Below, one piece after another: positions 10,174 to 21,084 of a DNA stretch of 64,000 nt (positions within the stretch are counted from its first letter, which is position 1; each line of letters begins with the position of its first letter). The DNA comes from Xylographa opegraphella (taxonomy: Eukaryota): assembly GCA_022813865.1 (NCBI GenBank), contig JALDZX010000031.1, forward strand, positions 62,001 through 126,000, in the 5' to 3' direction. Under the pieces are notes generated by a model. It saw only the letters and a list, made by a program, of their open reading frames with translations, searched no databases and was not told the DNA's origin. The translations under genes were made by a program, and so were the position numbers.

Positions 10174-12958
10174 TCAATCTTCTTCCTCTTCTTCATCTGG
10201 CCGAGAAATACCTCGAGCGGCCAGTTTAACCCAATCCGCCTCTTTTAATGGAATTAAATCAAAGTTCATTGGTTCAGTCACCCCAGACCTAGATTTTGAA
10301 TGCCCTTAGCCTACAGACGACATGATCAGAAAATATGGGAGCTTACGTGAGAAAATCAACCTTCATGTTTCTTGCCTTGTCCTTCAGTGCAACCTGATCC
10401 CGATAAGCTAGGACGCTCTGCGTGTCCATTTTCTTAAGAAGTGACCAGCTAATGCCATACTCTCCAATAAGATCTATGAACACTTCCGTCTCCTCGTCTG
10501 TCCATGCCCTCCTCTTTTGCACACGTTTAGGTCTATGTATGGCCGCGACGTTCCTAGATTGCGTCCGTGCAACGCTGTATATCTGTGAGTTTGATAGAGG
10601 CGGTGGGGCATTGGCCTGGTTAACCGCAGCTTCAATATCTGGGTCTACACTGATAGTTCTTTCTCTATCTGCCGCTAATCGGACTCGCTTATCGGGCGAT
10701 TTGGGAGCTGATGCAGATACATGCCGCTTAGCAAGGTTGGATTTTGGCAGATTAAAACGACTGTCCTGCTGAAATCCTTCATCCTCGCTAGGATCTGTAA
10801 TCTGTTCCTCGTCCAGTTCATTTTGTAGAGGTCTTTTGGATGCCACGTTCGATGCACGATTCCGTGGTGCTTCCTCCTGACTCTCGAAGGATATCTTTTC
10901 AGCGTTGGGTTGTCGATCTATAAAGAATCGATTTTTACCAGGTCTATCAGAGACTGAAGACGGTTGAGGACGGTTCTCTTTGTCTTCCTCGTCTACTGAC
11001 TTTTGGAAAGTTTGTATTATGGAGTCAATCCTTTCATCGCGTGGCAAAGGATCTATTTGAGGCTTATTGTCGTCCATAAGGGGCCGACTGTCATCCATTT
11101 GGGGCTGGTAGTCGTCGCTGGCTTCGTCCTGGAGAACTCTTTCGTTCGCGAACTTGGCAGGTGCTGATGCCGGCAGTCGATTCTCAACGAGTTTGCTCCT
11201 CGGGGTCGAAGTAGTTTTCGAAGGTCTGGCAGTAGCTGGTATTGAGCGATCATTGATTTTCGATTGGGGCTTTCCTGTGTGGGGAAGCTTATCTGATTGC
11301 CAGGCTGTACCAGCAGCGAGTTTCCGTTTCACAAGATTTATAGCACTGGGACGATCAAATCTGCATACGATCAGTGACCTGACAATGCGCAACAGATCGT
11401 TGATGGGATTGCATTGAACCCTTACCCTGGGTTTAGTCTTGAGGCCCTCCTGGAACCCTGCTTGACGGCTGAATGTGGTTGTTCAGGCCGGTCCGATGGG
11501 TAATGTGAGAGTTCAGACGGATGGAAATCCAATTGGACGTTGAGCGGGCTATCATCTCCTCCCCCTTTAGCTGCATCTTCAATTGGTTGAGCTGCTCTTC
11601 GCGTTATTTCTGCTGCCAATGCACTAGTAACCCTCTCAATACCGCCAACCAACACCAACTGAGCTTCCACCTCCACTCTGCGGGATTCAGCCCACCTCAC
11701 AAGATGGCTTACACAAGTAGACCATGGGTATTCTGAAATTAGGGACTCCACATCCAGAACGTCTTGCTCATTAAAGAGTTCCTGGATCACACCCAGCCTC
11801 TGCACTATCATTTTCTGATGCCGCCCGATAAGGTCCTTACTTCTAAGGCCGTCAACGTCCCAGCCCTTGATAACTTGCGGGCCATCATAAAACATCTCAC
11901 TTAGGAGGATATCAGGATCAAAATTGGTGTCTTTGAAATGCTGCTTTAGCAAAGAGATAAATAGCTGCATACGTATGTGGAATACAGCTTCCAGAGTCTC
12001 ATCGAGAAGATAGCTAACACCAGGGAGCTCAACTTGCTGTTGAGATTCAGAGAGTTTTGAGAGAAATGGGGTGGGAAAGTCCCGCTCCATTTTCTCCGCC
12101 CAAGGCAGTATTGATTGTGCAGAAAGTGAAAACAGACTTGTCATTAAATGGGCAATATTCGCTCTATAGAGGATAGCATCCGGCCGCCATGGACCGAGTC
12201 CCACTTGTCTTGAGCGTCGTACTGCGAGAGTGCCTCTGACTGCAATAGAAACATTGATATAAGGTTCATTGCCATAAACCTTTCTAGTCGGCTCGAAAGA
12301 CCCAGTGAGTCGGGCGAGCTTCTTGGTCAGCAAACTTGTAGGATCCTGTAGTTGCTTAAAAATTGTTTCTATGTTCTCGTTTGATAATTCTTCTGGTAGG
12401 AGAAGATTCAGGATCTTGTCTGAGGCATCGGCAAGGTCTGGGAGTGCATCCACCATTTCGGCTTTATCTAGCTCTGCAAGCTCTTGTGCGGAGTGAGAAG
12501 TCCTGGCAGTCATCCCAGAGATAACTGACAAACTCCTTGGTGATCTTTTTACATCTGAAGGACCGGAAACTTCGGTACCACTGACTTCAACTCCAGAATT
12601 ATCATCCTCGGCATCACTTTCAGTAATGCCGATAGCTTCAATAACAACAGAAAGATCTAGACATAATTTAGTAGTCAAAACAATAATACTTTAGTACGGA
12701 TAATATACCTTGTTCAGGCTTTATTCGGCCGCCAATCTTCTTCCTGCGGCCATCGCGAACGCCATTGCTTTCTGCACTTGCTGCTCTTGTGGTCCGCCGA
12801 AGAGTCAATGCTGTAGGTTCTCCATCGCTGATATCGCGACTTTGGCTTCGGGTTGTCCGTTTGCTCTGTTGCGCTTTAGCAGCCGGTTGTCGAACTTGAG
12901 GAGGGGATTGGGGTGTAGTCCGCCGGCTGGAGGACCGCATGCCTGCACGTCCTGCCAT
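10174..12958 (-). CDS. Telobox Myb-domain protein (Taz1/Tbf1/TRF-like)
   Basis: Introns 12657-12708, 11361-11425 and ~10290-10346. Helical central region. C-terminal Myb RRAWTDEETEVFIDLIGEYGISWSLL..RDQVALKDKARNMKVDFL. Last exon ends DEEEEED-TGA at 10174. Confidence 0.8.
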
Positions 12959-13395
12959 TGTATTTCGTTGTGATTCAAGACCTCGTAGTCGTCAATGGCG
13001 CAGCTTGCGCCGATTTTGGAATGGCAAAGCACGACCTGTTGTTGTTATTGTGAGGGTTCGATAACAAGCTCCAATCGCGATCGCGAATCTCACTCGTAGC
13101 ACGTGACACGAACTTCCGCCCCCTGCCTGGGTGCAGGCTGTTCAAAATATGATCCGAACGTGAATACGGTAATGTTCCAATTGCTGTCGCATGTCGAGGC
13201 GAGTTGACAGAAGGTGACTAGCATTATAATTTGATGAAGTATTAGCAAACTAACCATTATTCCAATTCTTTGTTCTTCACAGGCAGCTGTCGCATATTAT
13301 TCACACATATCATCAATTACACACGAGCTGCTCAACTCATCTCCTGAGCTTTCCTATCAGGCCAGGTGATAGAATTTCTTCACTCAGCCTGCGCA

Positions 13396-15181
13396 ATGAA
13401 AATCAGGCGAAGACCGCTTCCAGCCTCACTTTTACTGCTTCTATATGCTTTACCTCTGGGCTATGTCGCCGCTTCCTCGAAGGAAGCCCAAGACCTTGCA
13501 GAACGAGAAGTACCGCGGCCTAGCACTCTGAATCCTGGCCTGGACGTCTCGCTGGCGACAACTTTGCTGCTCAAACCGACTAGCGTTCCTACTCTTGGTA
13601 CAAAGGACGCACCGGTCGATGGGAAGGATGGTAGACCTCACAGCGGTCCTTTCGTGGAGACCGCCGCAGAGAGGGATCGGAAGAAGGCAAAAACAAGCGG
13701 CGAGGATGAGATAACGATGCCAAGCAAGAAACCGGCACCGAAAGATACGACCAAGGGTGATACTCTTGTAGATAGCTGGGATGCTGCTATGCCAGAATCG
13801 AACGACGGGGTAATGGACGATCCAAACAGAGTAGGGCCTAAAGAGGGTATGCGGGGAATGGCGGGAGGAATATCCGAGAAAACCAGAGACCAAAAATTGC
13901 AAGAGGGACAAGATGGTGTCAAGTCGGAAAAGGTGCCGGAGAAGCCAAAGGACGCACCTCCACTACCTCATAGCGACCAAGAGGAACTCCGTCTGAAGGC
14001 AGGCGAGAAAGCTACGGAGTCGGAGAAAGAGGCCATCAAAGGTGATGAGCAAAAGTCGAAAACCAGAGAGAAGGAAGTCGGAGGCCTTGAGGTATTTTTT
14101 ACTGACCCAGTTGGAGAACGGTCAATGAATGCTCACGCAAGAAATATAGAAACCGACAGATCTTCCCGAAACGCCGCATAAAGGCGATTCCTATCCTCCT
14201 CCCACAGGCAGTACCAAAGACAATGCTCTAGAGATACCAAAACCGCAAACCCCAAACACCCGTCTGCCAGTTTCCGAGCCCGCATCTCTAATACAACCAC
14301 TACACTCCTTCGTACTTGCCTTTACCATGATCATCTTCTCCGAAATTGGCGACAAGACATTTCTCGTCGCCGCCCTCATGGCCATGAAACACTCTCCATT
14401 ACTTGTTTTCTCCGCCTCTTTCCCAGCTATGATCGTCATGACCATACTCTCCGTCGTCCTGGGCCACACCGTACCCACGTTGATATCCCCAAAATACACC
14501 CACTTCGCAGCCGCTGCACTATTCCTTGTTTTCGGTTTCAAAATGCTAAGAGAAGGGTACGCGATAGCTCCGGGTGAAGGAGTAGGCCAAGAGATGAAGG
14601 AAGTCGAGATGGAGCTCGAGGAGAAAGAAGAGCTCGCCCGGCAGATGGGCCGCAGGCGATCCTCCATTACACCATACATGCTTGAGTCAGGCCGGCGCGG
14701 CGGCCGCAGCTCGCGATCGAACTCTCGACTGCCCGCTCCGCCGGAGTCTCCGCCCTCCTCACCGGGCTCGCGCTCCCCTTCACCAAGTCGAACCTCCACT
14801 CTTTCGAATATAACCACCGGAGTGAACAACCTGTTCTCGCTGCTCCTAAGCCCTGCGTGGGTCCAGACATTCGTGATGACGTTCCTCGGAGAGTGGGGTG
14901 ACAGAAGCCAAATCGCGACGATTGCCATGGGGGCTGGCTCAGACTACTGGTGGGTCACGGGCGGCGCGCTTGCAGGACATGCGATATGTATAGCGATAGC
15001 CGTGATAGGAGGTCGGGCAATAGCCGGAAGAGTCGGCCTTAGAGTTGGTACGGCCAGCCCTCATATTTTTCGAGCTTTCAGATTCCTCTTGCTGACTGCG
15101 TTCAAAGTGACTCTTGGCGGTGCTTTCGCGTTCCTCGCTTTCGGCATCATCTATCTCCTCGAAGCGATTTACTACGGGTAG
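13396..15181 (+). CDS. GDT1: GDT1/TMEM165 (UPF0016) Ca2+/Mn2+ transporter with signal peptide and long N-terminal extension
   Basis: Two family motifs SEIGDKT and GEWGDRSQ; introns 14092-14149 and 15048-15107. Confidence 0.93.
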
Positions 15182-15636
15182 AATGATCAGGCATTAACGG
15201 TTGGCGGAACTTACCATTTTGTGCGTTATGGAGTCCAAGGCCGTGGGGGTAGAATTCCTAAATCGATTTATAATGGCTATACCGGCGGTGGAGGAGTAGT
15301 AGCGGTACGAAGCGGCATTGTTTGTCGGCGCTAGGCATCTCGTAATTGGGATTTGTGTACAGCGTGGGAGGAGCGTGCTGCGTCGAGTCCGACGTCCTTG
15401 TACAACAACACGAAAGCGGCTTGCTGGGATTCCCGATAGCACTTCTGAGCACAGAGGGAACTCTCATTCCTTGAAGCACTGCAAGCTCTCATGATAGTGC
15501 TCAATCTTATTAAGAAGATAATTTATAATTTTCAATCTGTACAGTAACGCGGTCTTCTATACATGACAAAACAAATCTTACACTAAGGGTATCTGAACCG
15601 TGACAAAGGCAAAAGAACAACATCGCAACGAACCAC

Positions 15637-17303
15637 TCACTGGTCAATCTCGACCTCAATCCGCGCAATATACGCGCACCGCTCTCTCTGTCGCTCCTCC
15701 AACCCCTCCATCGCACTCCCATTGGCCACCAACCACATCCTCTGCCCCGCGCCCCACGGTTTCCACTCCGGCGTCCCCTTAGCACGATAGGGATTCGGAT
15801 CGAAGCCCCTGATGAAACTGGTCCAATAACCCTGCATGACCGGCACAATATTCCGATTCGTCGTGGAGTAGCTCGTCGGCGCTGGCCAGCCGGGCGCCCA
15901 GAGGGCCGGCATTTCTGCCCCGTGCTGGACGTTCAGTCCAGCGGCAACTGCCACAGGATCCAGCACGTCATAGCGGTAGTTCCAGGTCGGGACATTGTAG
16001 GCTGTCATGACGGTGGAGAGTACGACACCGGGGCAGATGTAGCGGGTTTCCCCGTAAGCGATGGAGACGTGGTGCCAGTACGGGGATGGAGATGGGTCGT
16101 TGAGTGCGTATAGGGTGTTGTATTGTGCCAGCTGGGTGGAGTTGAGGGCGGGGAATTGGTCGACGAGGAAGGCTTCGGAATCGGCGGCTGTTTTGACCGA
16201 CTGGTCGGCGAAGATGGTTCCTTCGTTGGTGTCATCCCCGAAGATGGTAGGCACTTTCACGAATTTGCCAGAGGTGAAAGACCGGATCGGATAGTCGGTT
16301 ACGAAGTCGTGGTCGAGGACGGGGTTGTAAGGGAATATAGGCGCTTTGGTAGCATTGGGGAAAGGTTCGTTGAGATTGGCGGCTTGGAAGGCGGCGATGG
16401 GTAGAGAGCGGAGGCAAGCTAGGGTGTTGGACGAGGAGGAACAGTTTGCGCGAGTAACGAGGTGGTCGTATTGGTATTGGCTTTGTGCTACCGTGCGGAC
16501 TGCTGGGAAAGATTGCGATTGAGCGACGGCAGCGTGGAAGAGATTGTCATTCCGACCGCCATATGCAGCTAAGTGCTGTGTTACAGATCCTGCTCCAGCA
16601 CTCTGGCCACCCAGGGTGACATGATCAGGATCCCCACCGAACTATAACCTTGTTAGTAGACTTTTCTTTGGGACTGAGGAATATGCTAACACACTTTTGC
16701 GATGTTTGATTGGATCCACTCTAGAGCCTTCCTCTGGTCTTTGAGACCATTGTTAAGACTGGCACCACTTTGAACTTCGGCGCTTGCCAGGAAGCCCAGA
16801 GCTCCGCCTCGGTAAAGGAAGGTGACCGTTACAATATTCATTCCAGATGCCTCAATTAGGCCGCTGGCATTCGGGTGTGCCCCGTCGCCATTGAAGCCTC
16901 CGCCCTGGATGAAAACCTAAACGGGTAGTTTCGAGGACTTGTTGGCTTGCGTGGATGCATAGACGTCGAGAAAGAGACAATCCTCTGAACCTCCCACATG
17001 AGGGCCAAGACCCATACATCCTGGAGCTTGCTACACAAGTGGTCAGCTAACATTTTACACTGTACTCGAAGTGATACATACGCTATTCGCAGCTTCGGTT
17101 CCGTCATGGCTTGGTGGGTCTTGAGGGGCCGCAAACCGTAGACTACCCACCGGAGCAGCCGCATAGCGTATTCCTAGCCAGGAAGTCAGGCCATTGCTTA
17201 GGATTGTGCCTTGATATTTGCCGTTTGTGACTGAGACAACCCTGTCGACGGCGTTGGTGAATGGGAGACAGAGAGCAACAAAGAGAATTATAATGGGATG
17301 CAT
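15637..17303 (-). CDS. Secreted type-B carboxylesterase/lipase with a single in-frame TAG at 16917-16919 (pseudogene or recoded)
   Basis: Signal peptide MHPIIILFVALCL; LGIRYAAAPVGSLRFAAP; SEDCLFLDVY; KLPV*VFIQGGG; GLKDQ; FGGDPDHVTLGGQSAG; TNEG; HGAE. Introns 17031-17081 and 16642-16694. Confidence 0.88.
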
Positions 17304-18399
17304 TATTTTAACGATAGGACTATCGTAATGAGATAGAAGAGATACTCGAGAATGATACACGATGTTCGTGACTGTTTGAAGAAAAGTTCGCACGGATGAA
17401 CGTGCGAACTGAGAGCTGGTGGTGCGATAGTGACTTAACGGTTTAGAGAACGGTAGAAGCTGAACAAAAACCTTTAAGCAGACTTCCGGGGTTTGTCCTT
17501 CGAAGGACAACATTGCTTGTCTCTTGATAACATAGTACAATGGATTTTATGGAAGTTTCTTTGAGGATGTAATACAAGAGATACACAAAATCGATATCCA
17601 GCAGCGGCTTAGGTACAACGAGCAAAGCAAGGGTCTAGATCACTCCATAAGTCGGCCGCCAATTGATCGTAGCAGAACTGATTGACAACGCCGCACACGT
17701 GCTCTAGAATAAATAGCTGAAACCCAATATGACGGAGGCATTCATTCATGCCTGTGTGAAGAAGATTGAACATCGAAGAACTACTTATCCTGGCAGCTTA
17801 CCTTAAGAGTCCGACAAAATGATATAAGAGTCCTGGAGGACTCGGCTAGGAGAAGTGCTCCCCTCGCTTTGTATAGTCGAGGTATTCAGAGATACAAAGA
17901 ATTGGGTGTGGAGAGTGGGTTGAACATCTGTGCTGAAATATACGTCCATGCTCACGTATACGCTTGTAGTATTCAAATGAACGAGATCCGTGACTACGAA
18001 GTAGAAACAAACATTTCTCTGACATCAAACTCAGGTCACAATAGAGATTCTGCAGAATAAACATGTCCACTATGTACAGCCATCGATTTAAAAGCAAGAT
18101 AGTTAGTTACTGTGTTCATTGAGTGAATTTTCGGAGCGCAAAGACAGGCAGCTATATATTCTCAAAACCTGACATAGCAATTGATGGCCACGTGATAGAA
18201 TATTCTACGGACCTGTAGTTCTATACATCGAGATAAGACAGATATGTACATTCATGAGTTGAGGTAATCCAGGCACCAATACTCTCATATGCGATACCCA
18301 TACTGATGTCCCGATTGTTTCATGCCGATAGTGTAGAAAGCTTTCTTTCTGGAAAAGAGTCGCCAGGAAACCAAGAAATTGTATGAGAGTACGTCTAGT

Positions 18400-19614
18400 C
18401 TAAACAGTCATATTCCGATCATCAAAATCTTCCATGGCACTGTTCGCCGTACTTGCGTACGGCGTTCTGCCAAACTCTTTTATCTGCTCACCCCCAAATC
18501 TAACCCCCTTCTTCGTTTCTGATGTCATTGCAGATGTAAGTTCCTCTCGTGAATCTTGGTAAGACGTGTTATCATTGCGCTTGATTGGGCTCCTCAGAGG
18601 ACTCTTCTGTGGGCTTCTCATTGGGCTGTTGAGCAGCTTTCTGGCTGAGTCCTGCTTTAATGGCTTCATCTGTGCGGATGACGGAGAGATAGGGAGGTCT
18701 CGGCCGGCAGAGAGAGGTTCTGGTATTGAAGTTCGCTTCAGGATGGGCGGCAACGGCACCATCGTAGCGGACCGTGGCCTAGAAAGCCAATCCATCGGGT
18801 AGTTCTTACTGATAGGACCAAAAGATTTGCCATTGAATCCATAACTCGGCGATCGTACCGGGCTATGGTTTCTTCTGAACAAACGGTCGAGTCGCTCCGA
18901 TCGTACCTCTGCGGTCTCCTGGTAGCCGCCGCCCGAAGCTATGTCATCACCGGTCGGAGATTCCGATACCGTGGAGGGAGCGAGAGAGTCCCGGAACGGA
19001 TCTTCGTGGTCTCTGAAGCTGTCTCTGATATCATCCCATAGGGTAGTTTGAGTAGAGCTTGATTGCACTCTACTCGTTGCAGACGACCATACAGCCTTGA
19101 GCCTTCGGTTGTCAAGCCTGTTTCGGTTTGTTGACTTGGGCCTTTGCTGTTTGTGAAGTACACGCTTCCATAAAAACCAGAATAGAGCAATAGCAAGGCC
19201 ACCAAGCAAACATCCTCCGATGATAGCACCAGTAAGCACGGCTGACGTTTTTGGATCCGCGGAGGTATTTAAGCCTGGTGCGGAGACAGATCCATTTGAT
19301 GCATTGGTTGGACTAGCTATAATCGTGGAGATAGGCTCTACCCAGGGAGAAGTCTGCGATGAGATCAGGCTTGATAGAAATGCACTCTGTAGGTCGGTTG
19401 GGGTAGTTGAAGCTGTCGTGGGAGATGCTGAGAGAGTCGGAGTCAAGTTGTAGAGGGTAATGGTTGTCTTGGTAGGTTTATGCAAGTCGATTGACCATGC
19501 AGACGTTCCATCGTATATTACAGTGGCAGCAGTGGCAGCAGTGTAAGTAACTATGACTACAGACACAGTCGGCGAAGCTGTAGCAACAGTCAGTAGAAGA
19601 AAGAGGATAACCAT
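18400..19614 (-). CDS. Single-pass membrane protein, Mid2/sensor-like architecture
   Basis: Signal peptide, Ser/Thr-rich ectodomain, TM (AVLTGAIIGGCLLGGLAIALFWFLW) followed by KR, SP-rich cytoplasmic tail; single 404-aa ORF. Confidence 0.75.
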   Translation of the reverse strand: MVILFLLLTVATASPTVSVVIVTYTAATAATVIYDGTSAWSIDLHKPTKTTITLYNLTPTLSASPTTASTTPTDLQSAFLSSLISSQTSPWVEPISTIIASPTNASNGSVSAPGLNTSADPKTSAVLTGAIIGGCLLGGLAIALFWFLWKRVLHKQQRPKSTNRNRLDNRRLKAVWSSATSRVQSSSTQTTLWDDIRDSFRDHEDPFRDSLAPSTVSESPTGDDIASGGGYQETAEVRSERLDRLFRRNHSPVRSPSYGFNGKSFGPISKNYPMDWLSRPRSATMVPLPPILKRTSIPEPLSAGRDLPISPSSAQMKPLKQDSARKLLNSPMRSPQKSPLRSPIKRNDNTSYQDSREELTSAMTSETKKGVRFGGEQIKEFGRTPYASTANSAMEDFDDRNMTV

Positions 19615-20871
19615 TCTGATACCCTTTCAATTCCAGAGCTGTACTCAGAACAATCTCCAAGAAATACTTAACAACAGTATGGATAGCATGTGAGTAAAGC
19701 CGCAGCTGAACTCTGGGTCCAGAAATTCGCAGCGAGCTCGGACTGGAGCGAGCCGCGGCTTGAAAACTAAGCAAACGTGAATCACAGTGAGTGAAGAACA
19801 TGAGACTTTGGTTGAGGGGTCAGGAGGGCTGGAATGTTGGTCCATATTGTGAATATGGAGTAAGGACATAACCACCTAGGCGGATTTCCGCTGGGATTTT
19901 GGCCCAGTGACATTGAAGGACAGACCAGCAAGTTCAAGAACCAGCAGTACTGCGAGTTATTTTTTTTATTTCTGGATTTTAATGAAACATTGTGGTCCTG
20001 CGACATGGCGTACTCCTGTAATATGATGCCCCAAACATGAACGATATTTGTGTGCCTTCAAAACAGTCTACAAATTGAATGGCATCACGGAAAAGGACTT
20101 AGAGCGAAACCCGCATATACTAAGAAATCAAGCCACTATACGCAATCAGGTATAACTACAGGATTTGCGAGACAGTATCGAAAGCTCCAAGACCGCAGAG
20201 TTCCTTCGTTACAGCACGGGTCGGGTAGCACTTGCAGTAAAAAGTCGTCGCAAGCGTGAAGAGAGCGAAGGCCATGCGTCGACGACTTCAAAGGCAAGAT
20301 GTAGATTTGGATCTAGGACATCCTTCGTTGAATATAGTCTCCTTGTGTTTCCGTAGTGTTTTCAGAGAATCTGTTCCACGTGGTCTCTTGATATATCACG
20401 CGCAATATCCTCATCAGCGGACCGCGATGGTTTCGAGCTGGCGGGAAATGCCAGTGGCCAAATGTTTGTGGTCGGTGCTGCCAACAAGCCAACGGCAACT
20501 TGCAAGGCGTTGGGGCATCAGCTACGGTCTTGGCGTCAGTCGTACTCCGTCCCGTCACCGCTCTGCTGCAGTCTGGCAATCCTGCCAGCACTTCCCCCAA
20601 TGTGCTTCTCTGACATGCATATCCTTGATATCGCTTAGCAGTTTGTATGTATCGTGATTGCTTGCGTCCTATTCCGTACGAAAGCAGCACAATCACGACG
20701 GCCGGAGACCCAGGACCAAGGGAACCGGTATCTAAGTTCTGGCCATTCCTTCCGTGGCTGATTGTTTATTTGATATGCGTGATGCGGTCTCGCGCCTGCC
20801 AACAACGGCTCTACCAGGCGCAGTCAGCTCCATGCATCATATCATCCTGGAACACTGCAGAGCCGCTCCTC

Positions 20872-20982
20872 ATGCCACCTAACATCATTCGCTACTCCAT
20901 CTATTCGTTATCATTAACCAATCCTATAGCTTCCTACCTGTTTGTCTCCTCTTCCCCACCCTCCTTCGTCGTTCCTACCTAA
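20872..20982 (+). promoter_or_regulatory. Candidate uORF (36 aa) ending Pro-Thr-TAA upstream of HOL1-family MFS gene
   Basis: MPPNIIRYSIYSLSLTNPIASYLFVSSSPPSFVVPT*; stop ~100 nt before the main ATG at 21085. Confidence 0.45.
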
Positions 20983-21084
20983 GCTCCTTCTTCTCTTCTC
21001 TTCTCTTTGAGAGAGATCCTGCGAAGCCGTTTACCATCAAGGCGCGACGTATGAGCATTAAGGTCACCGCCTCCACTCTCGAAG

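Noticed and set aside
16917..16919. Genetic-code reassignment of TAG as explanation for in-frame stops
   Set aside because: RPL4, GDT1, LCCL, acetoacetyl-CoA synthetase and the TF all terminate at TAG at expected C-termini
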